In this document: positions 7,247 through 16,066 of the stretch, one piece after another
Position numbering within the stretch: position 1 is the stretch's first letter
Layout: each line of letters opens with the position of its first letter
Assembly (NCBI GenBank): GCA_037142195.1
Contig: JBAXBA010000072.1
Coordinates: 1-18,541, forward strand
DNA from: Pseudomonadota bacterium
Lineage (GTDB): Bacteria; Bdellovibrionota_B; Oligoflexia; Oligoflexales; CAIMVM01
Length of the DNA: 18,541 bases
Direction of reading: 5' to 3'
Program-made: the position numbers and the translations under genes
The notes under the pieces: model-generated
What the model was told of the DNA's origin: nothing
Database searches by the model: none
The model's input: only the letters and a program-made list of their open reading frames with translations

Positions 7247-8758
7247 TTAGCTCAAAATTGATTTTACGATCTCTCCGCTACGAATTAACGCAGCTATAGC
7301 CTCAATTTCTTTACTCATGGACCGATCTGAGTCTAGAAATTTTGAAATCTCTCTGATCTTATTATACACTTTTTCAAGTTTAGGTGCTGGCTTTAAGGGT
7401 TTATGTAAGTCAATCGCCTGGCAGGCAATGATCGCCTCAATGGCTAGGATTCGTTCAACGTTCCGAATGATTTCACGGGCCTTACGCGAAGCGATAGGCC
7501 CCATACTGACGTGGTCTTCTTTGTCTGCTGATGTGGGAATGGAATCGACAACTGCTGGATGAGCATAGATTTTATTTTCAGAGACTAAAGCCGCTGCCAC
7601 CACGTGGGGAATCATAAAACCTGAATTTAAGCCGGAGTCCTGAATGGCGAATGCTGGAAGGCCAGAGAGAGCTGGATTTGTAAGCTTTTCAATCCGTCTT
7701 TCTGAAATACTCCCGAGTTCGCAAACGGCAATCCCTAGAACATCCATAGCCATGGCAACATACTGCCCATGAAAGTTCCCCCCTGAGATCACGTCACCAT
7801 TCTCAAAGACGAGAGGATTATCCGTTATGGAATTGAGCTCTCGTTCGACAACAATTGCCGAATTTTGAATGAAATCCCGGCTAGCGCCGTGAACCTGAGG
7901 AATGCAGCGAAAGCTGTAGGGGTCTTGAACTTTATTGCAATTGACATGGGAATCCATAATTTGATCCTGTCCCTCAAAAAGAGAACGAATAAATCTGGCA
8001 ACTTCGCCTTGTCCAGCATGTTTTCTTATTTGTTGAATTCTAGGATCAAATGGTCCAAGACTCCCTTTGAGCCCATCTAAGGAAAGTGAAGATATAATGT
8101 CTGCGGAAATCGCCAAATTTTGGGCTTCTTCCGTAGCAAATCCAGCAATAGCAGTCATAAATTGCGTGCCATTAATGAGGGAAAGTCCCTCTTTGGCTTT
8201 GGGCTTGTACGGCGACAAACCTTCTGCCTTAAAAGCAGCCAATGCAGACGTCACCTTTCCCTTATAAAAAACATCTCCCTCACCAATAAGAGCTAGTGCC
8301 AAATGCGCTAGGGGAGCTAAATCACCGGAAGCACCGACACTCCCTTTTACCGGGATAACCGGAATAATGTTGGTATTAAACATCGCTAGTAATGCTTCAA
8401 TGCAGGCCCTTGAAACACCGCTATGACCTAAGACAAAGCTGTGAATCCTTAACGCTAAAAGCCCTTTTACCACTGTGATCTCTAGAGGTTCTCCTACGCC
8501 GCTGGCATGGGAACGAATGAGATTTAACTGAAGATTTTCCAATTGATCGTCATTAATATGTACATGGGATAGAAATCCAAACCCTGTATTAATGCCATAA
8601 ATGATCTGTCCTGAAGCCAGCTTATCCTCTACTAAACCCCGAAATTGATCGACTTTAGCCCAAGCTTTCTCAGAGATTTCTAATTTAAGACCCGAATTTG
8701 CAATGTCCAATAATGTTGCCGTTGAAAGCCAGTCTTCGCCCAATAAAAATGCGTTCAT
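7247..8758 (-). CDS. hutH: Histidine ammonia-lyase
   Basis: YGINTGFG, NLIRSH (HAL-type SH specificity pair), GSVGASGDLAPLA (MIO-forming ASG), KEGLSLINGTQ, VQDPYSFRCIPQVHGA, ISGGNFHG, EDHVSMG. Start reassigned to ATG 8758, directly after the rpe stop. Confidence 0.95.
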   Translation of the reverse strand: MNAFLLGEDWLSTATLLDIANSGLKLEISEKAWAKVDQFRGLVEDKLASGQIIYGINTGFGFLSHVHINDDQLENLQLNLIRSHASGVGEPLEITVVKGLLALRIHSFVLGHSGVSRACIEALLAMFNTNIIPVIPVKGSVGASGDLAPLAHLALALIGEGDVFYKGKVTSALAAFKAEGLSPYKPKAKEGLSLINGTQFMTAIAGFATEEAQNLAISADIISSLSLDGLKGSLGPFDPRIQQIRKHAGQGEVARFIRSLFEGQDQIMDSHVNCNKVQDPYSFRCIPQVHGASRDFIQNSAIVVERELNSITDNPLVFENGDVISGGNFHGQYVAMAMDVLGIAVCELGSISERRIEKLTNPALSGLPAFAIQDSGLNSGFMIPHVVAAALVSENKIYAHPAVVDSIPTSADKEDHVSMGPIASRKAREIIRNVERILAIEAIIACQAIDLHKPLKPAPKLEKVYNKIREISKFLDSDRSMSKEIEAIAALIRSGEIVKSILS

Positions 8759-8759
8759 A

Positions 8760-9428
8760 TTATCCCTTACAAGCGAGTCGAAGATCATCCATAGCTTTCT
8801 TTCGATCAGCCGCCCCGTAGAATGCATTTCCTGCTACAAAGGCTTGAGCCCCTGCTGAAAAGGCCTCTTTAATGGTATCCCGATTGATACCACCATCCAC
8901 TTCAATCATCACTTTTTCGTGCAGATTTCGGCGTTTGAGTTCGTGTAAAAGCGTTTGAATTTTAGACGTGGTAGACGGGATATACTTCTGGCCACCAAAT
9001 CCAGGATTGACGCTCATCAGCATAACCACATCAACCATATCGAAAATGGAATCCAAAGAAGATAAGGGAGTTCCCGGATTAAGGGCGATACCTACTTTAC
9101 ATTTCGCTTCTTTAATTTGCTGGCACAGGCGATGGACGTGGGTGGCAGCTTCTATATGAAAAGTTAGCAAGTCAGCCCCAGCATCCAAATAGTCTCTTGC
9201 TACCAAGTCTGGATTAGACACCATAATATGCACATCAACAAATATTTTGGATTTTGCCTTGATCATCTTGACCAAAGGGGCGCCCAGGGTTAGTTGAGGT
9301 ACAAAATGGCCATCCATCACGTCAATATGGTGCCAATCCGCCTGGCAACTCTCAGCGACGCCGAGCTCAGAGGCTAGATTTAAAAAATCTGCTGATAGTA
9401 TTGAGGGAGCGATGAGGGGATTTGTCAT
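8760..9428 (-). CDS. rpe: Ribulose-phosphate 3-epimerase
   Basis: IAPSILSADF, HIDVMDGHFVP, DVHIMV, MSVNPGFGGQ, IEVDGG. Confidence 0.97.
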   Translation of the reverse strand: MTNPLIAPSILSADFLNLASELGVAESCQADWHHIDVMDGHFVPQLTLGAPLVKMIKAKSKIFVDVHIMVSNPDLVARDYLDAGADLLTFHIEAATHVHRLCQQIKEAKCKVGIALNPGTPLSSLDSIFDMVDVVMLMSVNPGFGGQKYIPSTTSKIQTLLHELKRRNLHEKVMIEVDGGINRDTIKEAFSAGAQAFVAGNAFYGAADRKKAMDDLRLACKG

Positions 9429-9431
9429 TTT

Positions 9432-9980
9432 TCAGCCTTCCTCGTCCATTTCAGAAATCTGGCTTCTTTGAAGCATCTTTTTGCGAATTCGACTTGATTT
9501 AAGCCGACTCATTCTGGACGTAAAGACTACCCCATCGATGTGGTCTAGCTCATGTTGAAGACATATTGCAAAAAGGCCGTCAGCCTCTAAGGAATGATCT
9601 TTTCCCCATTCATCTTTATAAACAAGAGTGACTTCTGCAGCACGATCGACATAATCATATTGTTCAGGAAAAGAAAGGCAGCCTTCTAAATACTTAGTTT
9701 TGCCCTGCTTCCTGGTTATAGATGGATTAATAAAGACATATTTTTTATCGTGCCAATCTCTAATGTCTTCTGGTTCTTCATTTTTACTTGAAATATGAAT
9801 AACCAGAACTCGGACTAAGCGATCTACTTGATTGGCAGCAAGCCCAATACCGCCCGCCTTTTCCATGGTATCAAACATGTCACTTACAAATTGGCGAAGC
9901 TCGCCATCAAAAACAGCAACCTCATTGGCTCTGGTTTCTAGAACCTTCGCCGGCCATTCCACTACGTTTAAAATTGCCAT
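9432..9980 (-). CDS. def: Peptide deformylase
   Basis: GIGLAANQ, EGCLS and QHELDH motifs; likely start MAILNV at ATG 9980. Confidence 0.96.
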   Translation of the reverse strand: MAILNVVEWPAKVLETRANEVAVFDGELRQFVSDMFDTMEKAGGIGLAANQVDRLVRVLVIHISSKNEEPEDIRDWHDKKYVFINPSITRKQGKTKYLEGCLSFPEQYDYVDRAAEVTLVYKDEWGKDHSLEADGLFAICLQHELDHIDGVVFTSRMSRLKSSRIRKKMLQRSQISEMDEEG

Positions 9981-10107
9981 GCCGCACAACCCCATCTATA
10001 GATTCATAAACCTAGGGGTTATAGCACTAAATTCTCTTATTTTACTAGGCTAATTAGAATCCGAGACCCAACCTTGTCATTCCTGTAATAGAAATGATAA
10101 TAGATAG

Positions 10108-10353
10108 TTATCTTACTTTAGTCCGTTCTTCGAGACTCGTCTTTGTATCTTCGATAAGCCCCACAACGCGACCGCGGGCCCCGGCTGTCGCCTCTTTAGC
10201 TTGGGCCTTTAGGGAGGAAATGTAAATGTTATCTACCAAAAGGCCTTTGGCCCTTGAAAAAAGAGTAGCTCCCTTCCATTCTACGGACAATACAAACACC
10301 CAACATACAAATTGAATCGTCAGCTTAATGAGTATCAAAGCAAATCGGTGCAT
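10108..10353 (-). CDS. Hypothetical small membrane-anchored protein
   Basis: 81 aa from ATG 10353 with GGAG RBS; N-terminal hydrophobic helix. Confidence 0.6.
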   Translation of the reverse strand: MHRFALILIKLTIQFVCWVFVLSVEWKGATLFSRAKGLLVDNIYISSLKAQAKEATAGARGRVVGLIEDTKTSLEERTKVR

Positions 10354-10375
10354 TGTTTTTCTCCAGGCTTGAAAT

Positions 10376-10410
10376 AAGCCCTTGAACAGAAGAAGTCTGT
10401 CCAAGGGCCC
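10376..10410 (-). terminator. Strong hairpin downstream of lon (terminator or processing site)
   Basis: Minus strand GGGCCCTTGGACAGA-cttct-TCTGTTCAAGGGCTT followed by ATTT; 14 nt after the lon stop. Confidence 0.6.
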
Positions 10411-10424
10411 ATTTTAAATCATAA

Positions 10425-12857
10425 CTAGCTAGCTATTTTCTCAACTTCGACTTTTACAGCTTGTAGTTCTCGAGGGAGCACGACGCTAGATTCGAACATG
10501 GTCTCAAAGACTTCTTTAAAGTCTTTAACAAAAGATACGGTCAGTCGCTTTTTCACCGAAGCGGGAAGAGCCATATACGTTGCACGGTTTTTTTCTGGCA
10601 CAATGATATGCTCCATGCCCTCCCTTTGTGCAGCTAGAACTTTCTCTTTGAGACCGCCTATTGGGAGGACTTTGCCGTGCAATGTGATCTCGCCTGTCAT
10701 ACAGGTCTTGGCTTTAGGCGCTTTAGAAAGTAGAGCTGATAACAGTGAAGTCGCCATAGTGATCCCGGCACTTGGGCCATCTTTTGGAATCGCTCCAGCA
10801 GGAACATGCACATGCAGTTCGTTTCGGTTAATCATCTCGTCTGTGAGTCCAAATAACGGAGCATGAGACCTAATATAAGAAAGTGCGGCTTGAGCAGACT
10901 CTTTCATGACATCTCCCAATTGCCCCGTTAAAACCAATTTAGAACCTTGGCTAGGTATTAAATTAGTTTCAATAGCCAGCACTTCACCGCCGTACTGGGT
11001 ATAAGCCATGCCTAGGGATACGCCTACAGAAGGCTCGGAGTGGTAAAATCCACCTTCATATTTGGAAACACCTAGAAGCTTGTGCACCAATGCGGGCGAC
11101 ACTTTAACAGGTCCTATTTTTTCTCCATTTTCTTCGTCTTCTGCTAGTTTTCGCGCTAATTTTCTACACACTGACGCTATTTGCTTTTCGAGATTTCTAA
11201 GACCAGATTCTCTTGTATAGCCTTCAATGATCGTCTGAACACCCTTCTTTTCAAACGAAACATCCCAACGATCTAAGCCAGAATCTTTGATTTGTCTAGA
11301 GATCAAAAACTGGTTTGCAATCGACATCTTCTCATCGTGGGTATACCCGGAAACCTCAATAATCTCCAATCGGTCACGAAGAGGCGCAGGAATGGTGTCT
11401 AGAGTGTTAGCGTTGGCGATAAATAAGATCTTAGACAAATCAAAGCCTACCCCAACATAGTGATCTACAAAGTTATGATTTTGTGAGGGATCTAAAACTT
11501 CTAGGAGAGCTGCGCCTGGATCGCCGCGATGATCGTTTCCAAGCTTGTCAATTTCATCCAACATGATGACCGGATTCATAGACCCTGCTTTGCGCAAAGC
11601 CTGCATGACGCGTCCTGGAAATGCACCTACATAAGTTTTACGGTGCCCCCTAATATCAGCTTCATCCCGCACGCCGCCAAGGGAAATGCGGTTAAACTCA
11701 CGACCCATTGATCTAGCAATAGATTTTCCAAGGGACGTCTTTCCCACCCCAGGGGGGCCCACAAAACAGAGTATCGGGCTCTTAGCAGAAGGATTCAACT
11801 TTTTAACCGCAAGATATTCGATGATTCTTTCTTTAATAGCATCGAGTCCATAGTGGTCTTCATCCAAGACTTCATTTACTCTTTTTAATTCGAGGAAATC
11901 TTGAGTTTCAGTGCCCCAAGGAAGACTGAGCACGGTTTCTATATGAGTTCGTGTCAAGGCGGCTTCTGAAGTTTCTTGATGCATACGCTCTAAGCGTTTT
12001 AAGTGTCTTGTAAGTTCTTCTCTCGCTTCATCAGTCAGCTTTACGTCATCGACTTTTTTCCAGAGAACTTCCATTTCATCTTTGCCATCAACTTCTCCGA
12101 GCTCGTTTCTTAGAACACGAATTTGCTCTCTTAGGTAATGTTCTCTCTGCACCTTGCCGATTTCTTCTTTCGCTTGGGACTGAATCTTAACTTGCATCTG
12201 ATACACTTCCACTTCACGATTCAACACATTGTGGACTTGTGCAAGACGTCTCACAGCATCATTGATTGCTAAAATTCTTTGGCCGTCTTCTACTTTAAGA
12301 CCCATATTTGCTGCGACCAAGTCGGCTAAACGACCCGGATCTTTTACATCTTCTAAAATCATTAAAATATCGGGAGAAAGTACTTTTCCTAAACTTACAA
12401 CTTTTTCGAGACTTTCTCGGACGGAACGAATCATAGCTTCTACTTCTGAAGAACTATTTCCCATTACGACTTCTTTGACATCACAAATTTCAACGATCGG
12501 ACACTGATCATTTGAAACGAGACGTTGAATCTTTGCTTTCTGAACGCCTTGAATGAGAACTTTCATGCGACCGTCGGGTAGCTTTCTGGTTCGCATGATC
12601 GTGCACACAGTGCCGACATCGTAGACATCGAAAGGTGGTTGCAAACTGGTTTCCAATCCTTCACCAGACTGACCCGCTACTTGAAAGGCAGACAAAAAGA
12701 TTTTCTTATCTTTTGCGAGGCCTTCTTCAACGGCATTGATGCATAAATCTTCACTTATAAATACCGGCACAATCATGTGAGGAAAGACCACAATGTCTTT
12801 CAGCGGAAGAAGCGGGATCTGGGTGAATTTCGATGCACTGTTAACGTCAGTAGCCAT
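10425..12857 (-). CDS. lon: ATP-dependent Lon protease (LonA)
   Basis: N-domain LPLKDIVVFP, Walker A GPPGVGKT, Walker B IMLDEIDK, catalytic DGPSAG and GGLKEK. ATG 12857 follows a GGAG RBS. Confidence 0.97.
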   Translation of the reverse strand: MATDVNSASKFTQIPLLPLKDIVVFPHMIVPVFISEDLCINAVEEGLAKDKKIFLSAFQVAGQSGEGLETSLQPPFDVYDVGTVCTIMRTRKLPDGRMKVLIQGVQKAKIQRLVSNDQCPIVEICDVKEVVMGNSSSEVEAMIRSVRESLEKVVSLGKVLSPDILMILEDVKDPGRLADLVAANMGLKVEDGQRILAINDAVRRLAQVHNVLNREVEVYQMQVKIQSQAKEEIGKVQREHYLREQIRVLRNELGEVDGKDEMEVLWKKVDDVKLTDEAREELTRHLKRLERMHQETSEAALTRTHIETVLSLPWGTETQDFLELKRVNEVLDEDHYGLDAIKERIIEYLAVKKLNPSAKSPILCFVGPPGVGKTSLGKSIARSMGREFNRISLGGVRDEADIRGHRKTYVGAFPGRVMQALRKAGSMNPVIMLDEIDKLGNDHRGDPGAALLEVLDPSQNHNFVDHYVGVGFDLSKILFIANANTLDTIPAPLRDRLEIIEVSGYTHDEKMSIANQFLISRQIKDSGLDRWDVSFEKKGVQTIIEGYTRESGLRNLEKQIASVCRKLARKLAEDEENGEKIGPVKVSPALVHKLLGVSKYEGGFYHSEPSVGVSLGMAYTQYGGEVLAIETNLIPSQGSKLVLTGQLGDVMKESAQAALSYIRSHAPLFGLTDEMINRNELHVHVPAGAIPKDGPSAGITMATSLLSALLSKAPKAKTCMTGEITLHGKVLPIGGLKEKVLAAQREGMEHIIVPEKNRATYMALPASVKKRLTVSFVKDFKEVFETMFESSVVLPRELQAVKVEVEKIAS

Positions 12858-12898
12858 GTGAATCTCCACTTAAAAGGTATGCCTATTTTCTATTTTTG

Positions 12899-12926
12899 TT
12901 TTCGGCAGTCCCTTGCGGAGCCTTAA
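12899..12926 (-). promoter_or_regulatory. Putative sigma28/FliA-type promoter for lon (TAAG-N15-GCCGAAAA)
   Basis: Minus strand TTAAG gctccgcaagggact GCCGAAAA, about 40 nt upstream of the lon start. Confidence 0.6.
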
Positions 12927-13082
12927 TTCGGAAGGTAGGAAACAGTTGATGGGATCAACTTCGGGGAGGAGAGAGAGGCCATGTTCCACTTAAAGTCTAA
13001 AGCATTGAAATCTTCATGAGATTACACGTTTCTTACCTAAGTCAACATCCTCTCACTCCCTTGAAAAAACCTTGTATACATG

Positions 13083-13658
13083 TCACTCGCCAGATGGAAC
13101 AAACACACTTACCATTGCCGGTCGAATGACTCGACCATTGAATGAGAAGCCTGTCATGAACACATCTTTGACGGTGTCACTGGTAACTTCAGTAGACTCC
13201 ACGCGCTGAATTGCTTGGTGGAAGTCTGGATCGAAACTCTGCCCTGATGCCTCTATTTTTGCGAGCCCATGCTTTTCAAGGGCTTCGTAAAACTGATTGC
13301 GTATCATATCAAAGCCTTGCACGTAGGCTTTGGCAGCTTCTTCTGTAGGGCTATTCTCAAGGGCTTTGTCTAAAACATCCAAAGAAGGGAGTAGGTCTTT
13401 AAAGAGTCTTTCAAGACCATATTTTATCGCCTCTTGCTTGTCTCGCTCCATCCTCTTCCTGGTATTATCAAAATCAGCGCGAGCTAGAAGGAGTCCATTT
13501 CTAGCCTCATCTAATTCTGCCTGAAGTTTTGACACCGTCTTCTTCATGGTCTCCAGTTCGTTTTCTGCAGAATCTTCTGGGAAGTCTTCCGTAGAGGAAT
13601 CGATGGTCATTTTCTTATCCATTGGCAATGTTGAGTCTTCCATTGTTTCCTGAGTCAT
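13083..13658 (-). CDS. grpE: Nucleotide exchange factor GrpE
   Basis: ADFDNTRKR, DLLPSLD.L..AL, FDPDFHQA, G....GRVIRPAMVSV. Start at ATG 13658 (GGGAG RBS) gives 191 aa. Confidence 0.95.
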   Translation of the reverse strand: MTQETMEDSTLPMDKKMTIDSSTEDFPEDSAENELETMKKTVSKLQAELDEARNGLLLARADFDNTRKRMERDKQEAIKYGLERLFKDLLPSLDVLDKALENSPTEEAAKAYVQGFDMIRNQFYEALEKHGLAKIEASGQSFDPDFHQAIQRVESTEVTSDTVKDVFMTGFSFNGRVIRPAMVSVFVPSGE

Positions 13659-13701
13659 AATATTTACTCCCTGACCTAATATGTACATTTTCCCAGTTTC
13701 T

Positions 13702-13729
13702 TTAATAGTTCTCTGCTGGTAAATGTCAA
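13702..13729 (-). promoter_or_regulatory. Putative sigma70 promoter for grpE (TTGACA-N16-TATTAA)
   Basis: Perfect -35, weaker -10, about 45 nt upstream of ATG 13658. Confidence 0.4.
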
Positions 13730-13876
13730 GAAAGGAAACACTTATTATGGCCCACTCAATCATTCTACCAATCCCACAGAAGGAGAGTGTAGGAATATTA
13801 TACCTAGGGGAATGGTCTGTTTCGGCGGGTTGTGCGTCATTGTAACTCCTCAAATTCACTATATTTTATAAATTGT

Positions 13877-13905
13877 TTGACAGCGTTTAGGACTACTGCT
13901 AATTA
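13877..13905 (+). promoter_or_regulatory. Putative sigma70 promoter for the fis-like gene (TTGACA-N17-TAATTA, extended TG)
   Basis: Perfect -35 preceded by an AT-rich UP-like tract; TGc directly before the -10. Confidence 0.5.
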
Positions 13906-14033
13906 TCTGCCTCCACAATGATTCAGTCTGTTTTAAGAACAGCGAATGTTCTCTAAACTTGGATGGATTGTGAAATTGTTAGTGAGCTATTTGGTTGGCT
14001 TTAAAATAAATGGTTAATATCGGGAGTAGATCA

Positions 14034-14393
14034 GTGGAAAATACACAGGCCGTAGAAAATGCAACTTTAGTGAATCGCGCCGTTGAAGCTTCAAGTCTTA
14101 ATGGTGCTGCGTTAGATGTGGCAGGAAATGCTAGCATCATGGATTCAGAATTGGTAACAAAGCTAGACAGTTACTCTTTAGAATCCATAGTTGAACTTAA
14201 AATCTCTCGATTCTTAGACCAAATTGGCACCTACTACCCAGAAAGCTTACATGCACTTATCATGCGCAAGTCTGAAAAGCCACTTTTAGCTCAAATCCTA
14301 CGCCGTACCGGTGGCAATCAGGTCCATGCCGCAAGAATTCTTGGCATCAACCGCAACACGCTTCGCAAGAAAATGAAAGTTTACGGTATTTAA
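14034..14393 (+). CDS. fis: Fis-family DNA-binding protein
   Basis: C-terminal EKPLL..IL..TGGNQVHAARILGINRNTLRKKMKVYGI closely matches the Fis HTH. GTG 14034 follows a GGGAG RBS; ATG 14010 is an alternative start. Confidence 0.85.
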   Translation: MENTQAVENATLVNRAVEASSLNGAALDVAGNASIMDSELVTKLDSYSLESIVELKISRFLDQIGTYYPESLHALIMRKSEKPLLAQILRRTGGNQVHAARILGINRNTLRKKMKVYGI

Positions 14394-14414
14394 TTCATTC
14401 GTAAATGAACTGAT

Positions 14415-14446
14415 AAAGAAGTTCCTATAATGGGACTTCTTTTTTT
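14415..14446 (+). terminator. Rho-independent terminator after fis
   Basis: AAAGAAGTTCC-tataat-GGGACTTC followed by a T7 run. Confidence 0.8.
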
Positions 14447-14585
14447 AGTTTTTGGAATTAAACGAATATATCCTAGAGTATTTTTTGCCACTAACTTGAG
14501 TTTCTATGCCCTCAGGTTTGCCATGAAGTCATAGCTCAGTCCTTGAGCTCAGAGGTCCATTAAGACCATAAAATCAAAGCATTTA

Positions 14586-15944
14586 CTAACCTTTCATAAG
14601 GTTATGAAATGACACAAAGTTTGGCAAATAGGCGAGCTGCACAGTGCCCTGACTACCGTGACGGTTTTTTCCAAAGATAATTTCGGCTTTGCCCGCATCT
14701 TCAGAATTGGGATTGTAGTACTCATCTCGATAGACAAATAGAATCATATCCGCATCTTGTTCTAGAGATCCTGATTCTCGAAGATCGGAGGACTTGGGGC
14801 GCTTATCAGGCCTTGAGTCCGGACCACGGTTGAGCTGAGCTAGGGCAATAATCGGCACACTGAGTTCTTTTGCTAAATTTTTAAGGTTCATGGAAATCTC
14901 AGAAACTTCACGCTCTCTGCCTTCCCGTTTGGTATCTGAAGACCCGCTTAAAAGCTGAAGGTAATCGATAATGACAAGATCAAGTCCATTCTCTTTCTTA
15001 TGGCGGCGAGTTCGGCTCCTAAGTTCAGAAATAGAAAGACCAGGCGTTTCATCGATGTAAAATCTAGCGCCATAAGCATTTACAGTTCTGACAGCGTGCA
15101 TGAGTCGATCCTGATCTTCATCGCCTAAATCACCCTTCCTTAGACGAGAGGAATCCACCCTACCCTCACTAGCCAAGACCCTCTCCATAAGTTGAGAGCG
15201 GCTCATTTCGAGTGAAAACATCGCAACATTTTTCCCAACCTTAAGTGCATTGGTCGCAAAATTAAGGCACAGGGCGGTTTTACCCATAGCCGGACGAGCG
15301 GCCAAGATGATGAGGTCGGACTTCTGCCATCCGCCCGTCATGTGGTCTAAGTCCGTAAATCCAGAAGGCACGCCGGTAATTAACGTGTCCGCTAAAATTC
15401 TCTGCTCGAGAACCCCAATGGTTTCTTGAAGGACCTCAGTACCTGAAATAAGTCCTTCGCCTTTTCGATCATTTTCAGCAGAAATTGCTAATAATTCTTT
15501 TTCTAAAATCTCAAGGAGATCCTGGGATGATCCTTCAGCGGTTAACGCCTTTTGAATGACCTCTTGGCCTTTTTCAATCAATCTTCTTTTAACAAAAGTA
15601 TCTCTAACGATTCTTGCATAATACTCAATGTTCTCTGAAACAGGACAGCTCTGGATGAGTTCAATTAAATAGGCGGGCCCAATGGAGTCTATGCCGCTTG
15701 ATTTAAGATGTTCGATAGTTGTGATTAGGTCACAGGGCTCACTCTTTTTATCCAAGTCTAAAATAGACATAAAGATCAATCGGTGGCTCTCGAAGAAAAA
15801 ATGACCAGGCTCTAGACCTGATTTATCTTGTATTACGTTCAAATTATCTTGATTTTGAAAAATAGAGCCCAATACTGCTTTTTCAGCCTCAAGGGAATGA
15901 GGAAGAATAATGGTACCTTCACTGCTATTCTTTCTCTTTTCCAC
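14586..15944 (-). CDS. dnaB: Replicative DNA helicase DnaB
   Basis: PHSLEAEKAVLG, Walker A ARPAMGKT, FSLEM, IIDYLQL, AQLNR, DLRESGSLEQDAD, KNRHG; no intein. Start uncertain: GTG 15944 (VEKRK) preferred over 16052. Confidence 0.96.
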   Translation of the reverse strand: MEKRKNSSEGTIILPHSLEAEKAVLGSIFQNQDNLNVIQDKSGLEPGHFFFESHRLIFMSILDLDKKSEPCDLITTIEHLKSSGIDSIGPAYLIELIQSCPVSENIEYYARIVRDTFVKRRLIEKGQEVIQKALTAEGSSQDLLEILEKELLAISAENDRKGEGLISGTEVLQETIGVLEQRILADTLITGVPSGFTDLDHMTGGWQKSDLIILAARPAMGKTALCLNFATNALKVGKNVAMFSLEMSRSQLMERVLASEGRVDSSRLRKGDLGDEDQDRLMHAVRTVNAYGARFYIDETPGLSISELRSRTRRHKKENGLDLVIIDYLQLLSGSSDTKREGREREVSEISMNLKNLAKELSVPIIALAQLNRGPDSRPDKRPKSSDLRESGSLEQDADMILFVYRDEYYNPNSEDAGKAEIIFGKNRHGSQGTVQLAYLPNFVSFHNLMKG

Positions 15945-16066
15945 GCTTTTCCAATTCCAAAAGATTGCCTGAAGACTAACCTTGTTCCCTTTGAGCTTCA
16001 ACCGGCCTTGAATAGCGGCAGGGTTGAAACAGCTCATACAACAGAACTCCACAACATATCCCCAGC

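Noticed and set aside
8759..8827. hutH N-terminal extension overlapping rpe
   Set aside because: ATG 8758 with its RBS removes the 68-nt overlap.
12946..12958. FNR box
   Set aside because: Spacer is 3 nt, not 4.
13019..13045. sigma70 promoter for lon (TTGACT ... TAATCT on the minus strand)
   Set aside because: Spacer is only 15 nt.
13659..13859. 67-aa N-terminal extension of GrpE in the ORF track
   Set aside because: Not GrpE-like; an RBS and a promoter lie inside it, so ATG 13658 is the better start.
14586..15944. Intein in DnaB
   Set aside because: Normal length with contiguous helicase motifs.
15945..16052. Cys-rich N-terminal extension of DnaB
   Set aside because: Not homologous-looking and overlaps the DnaA-box-like array; probably untranslated.
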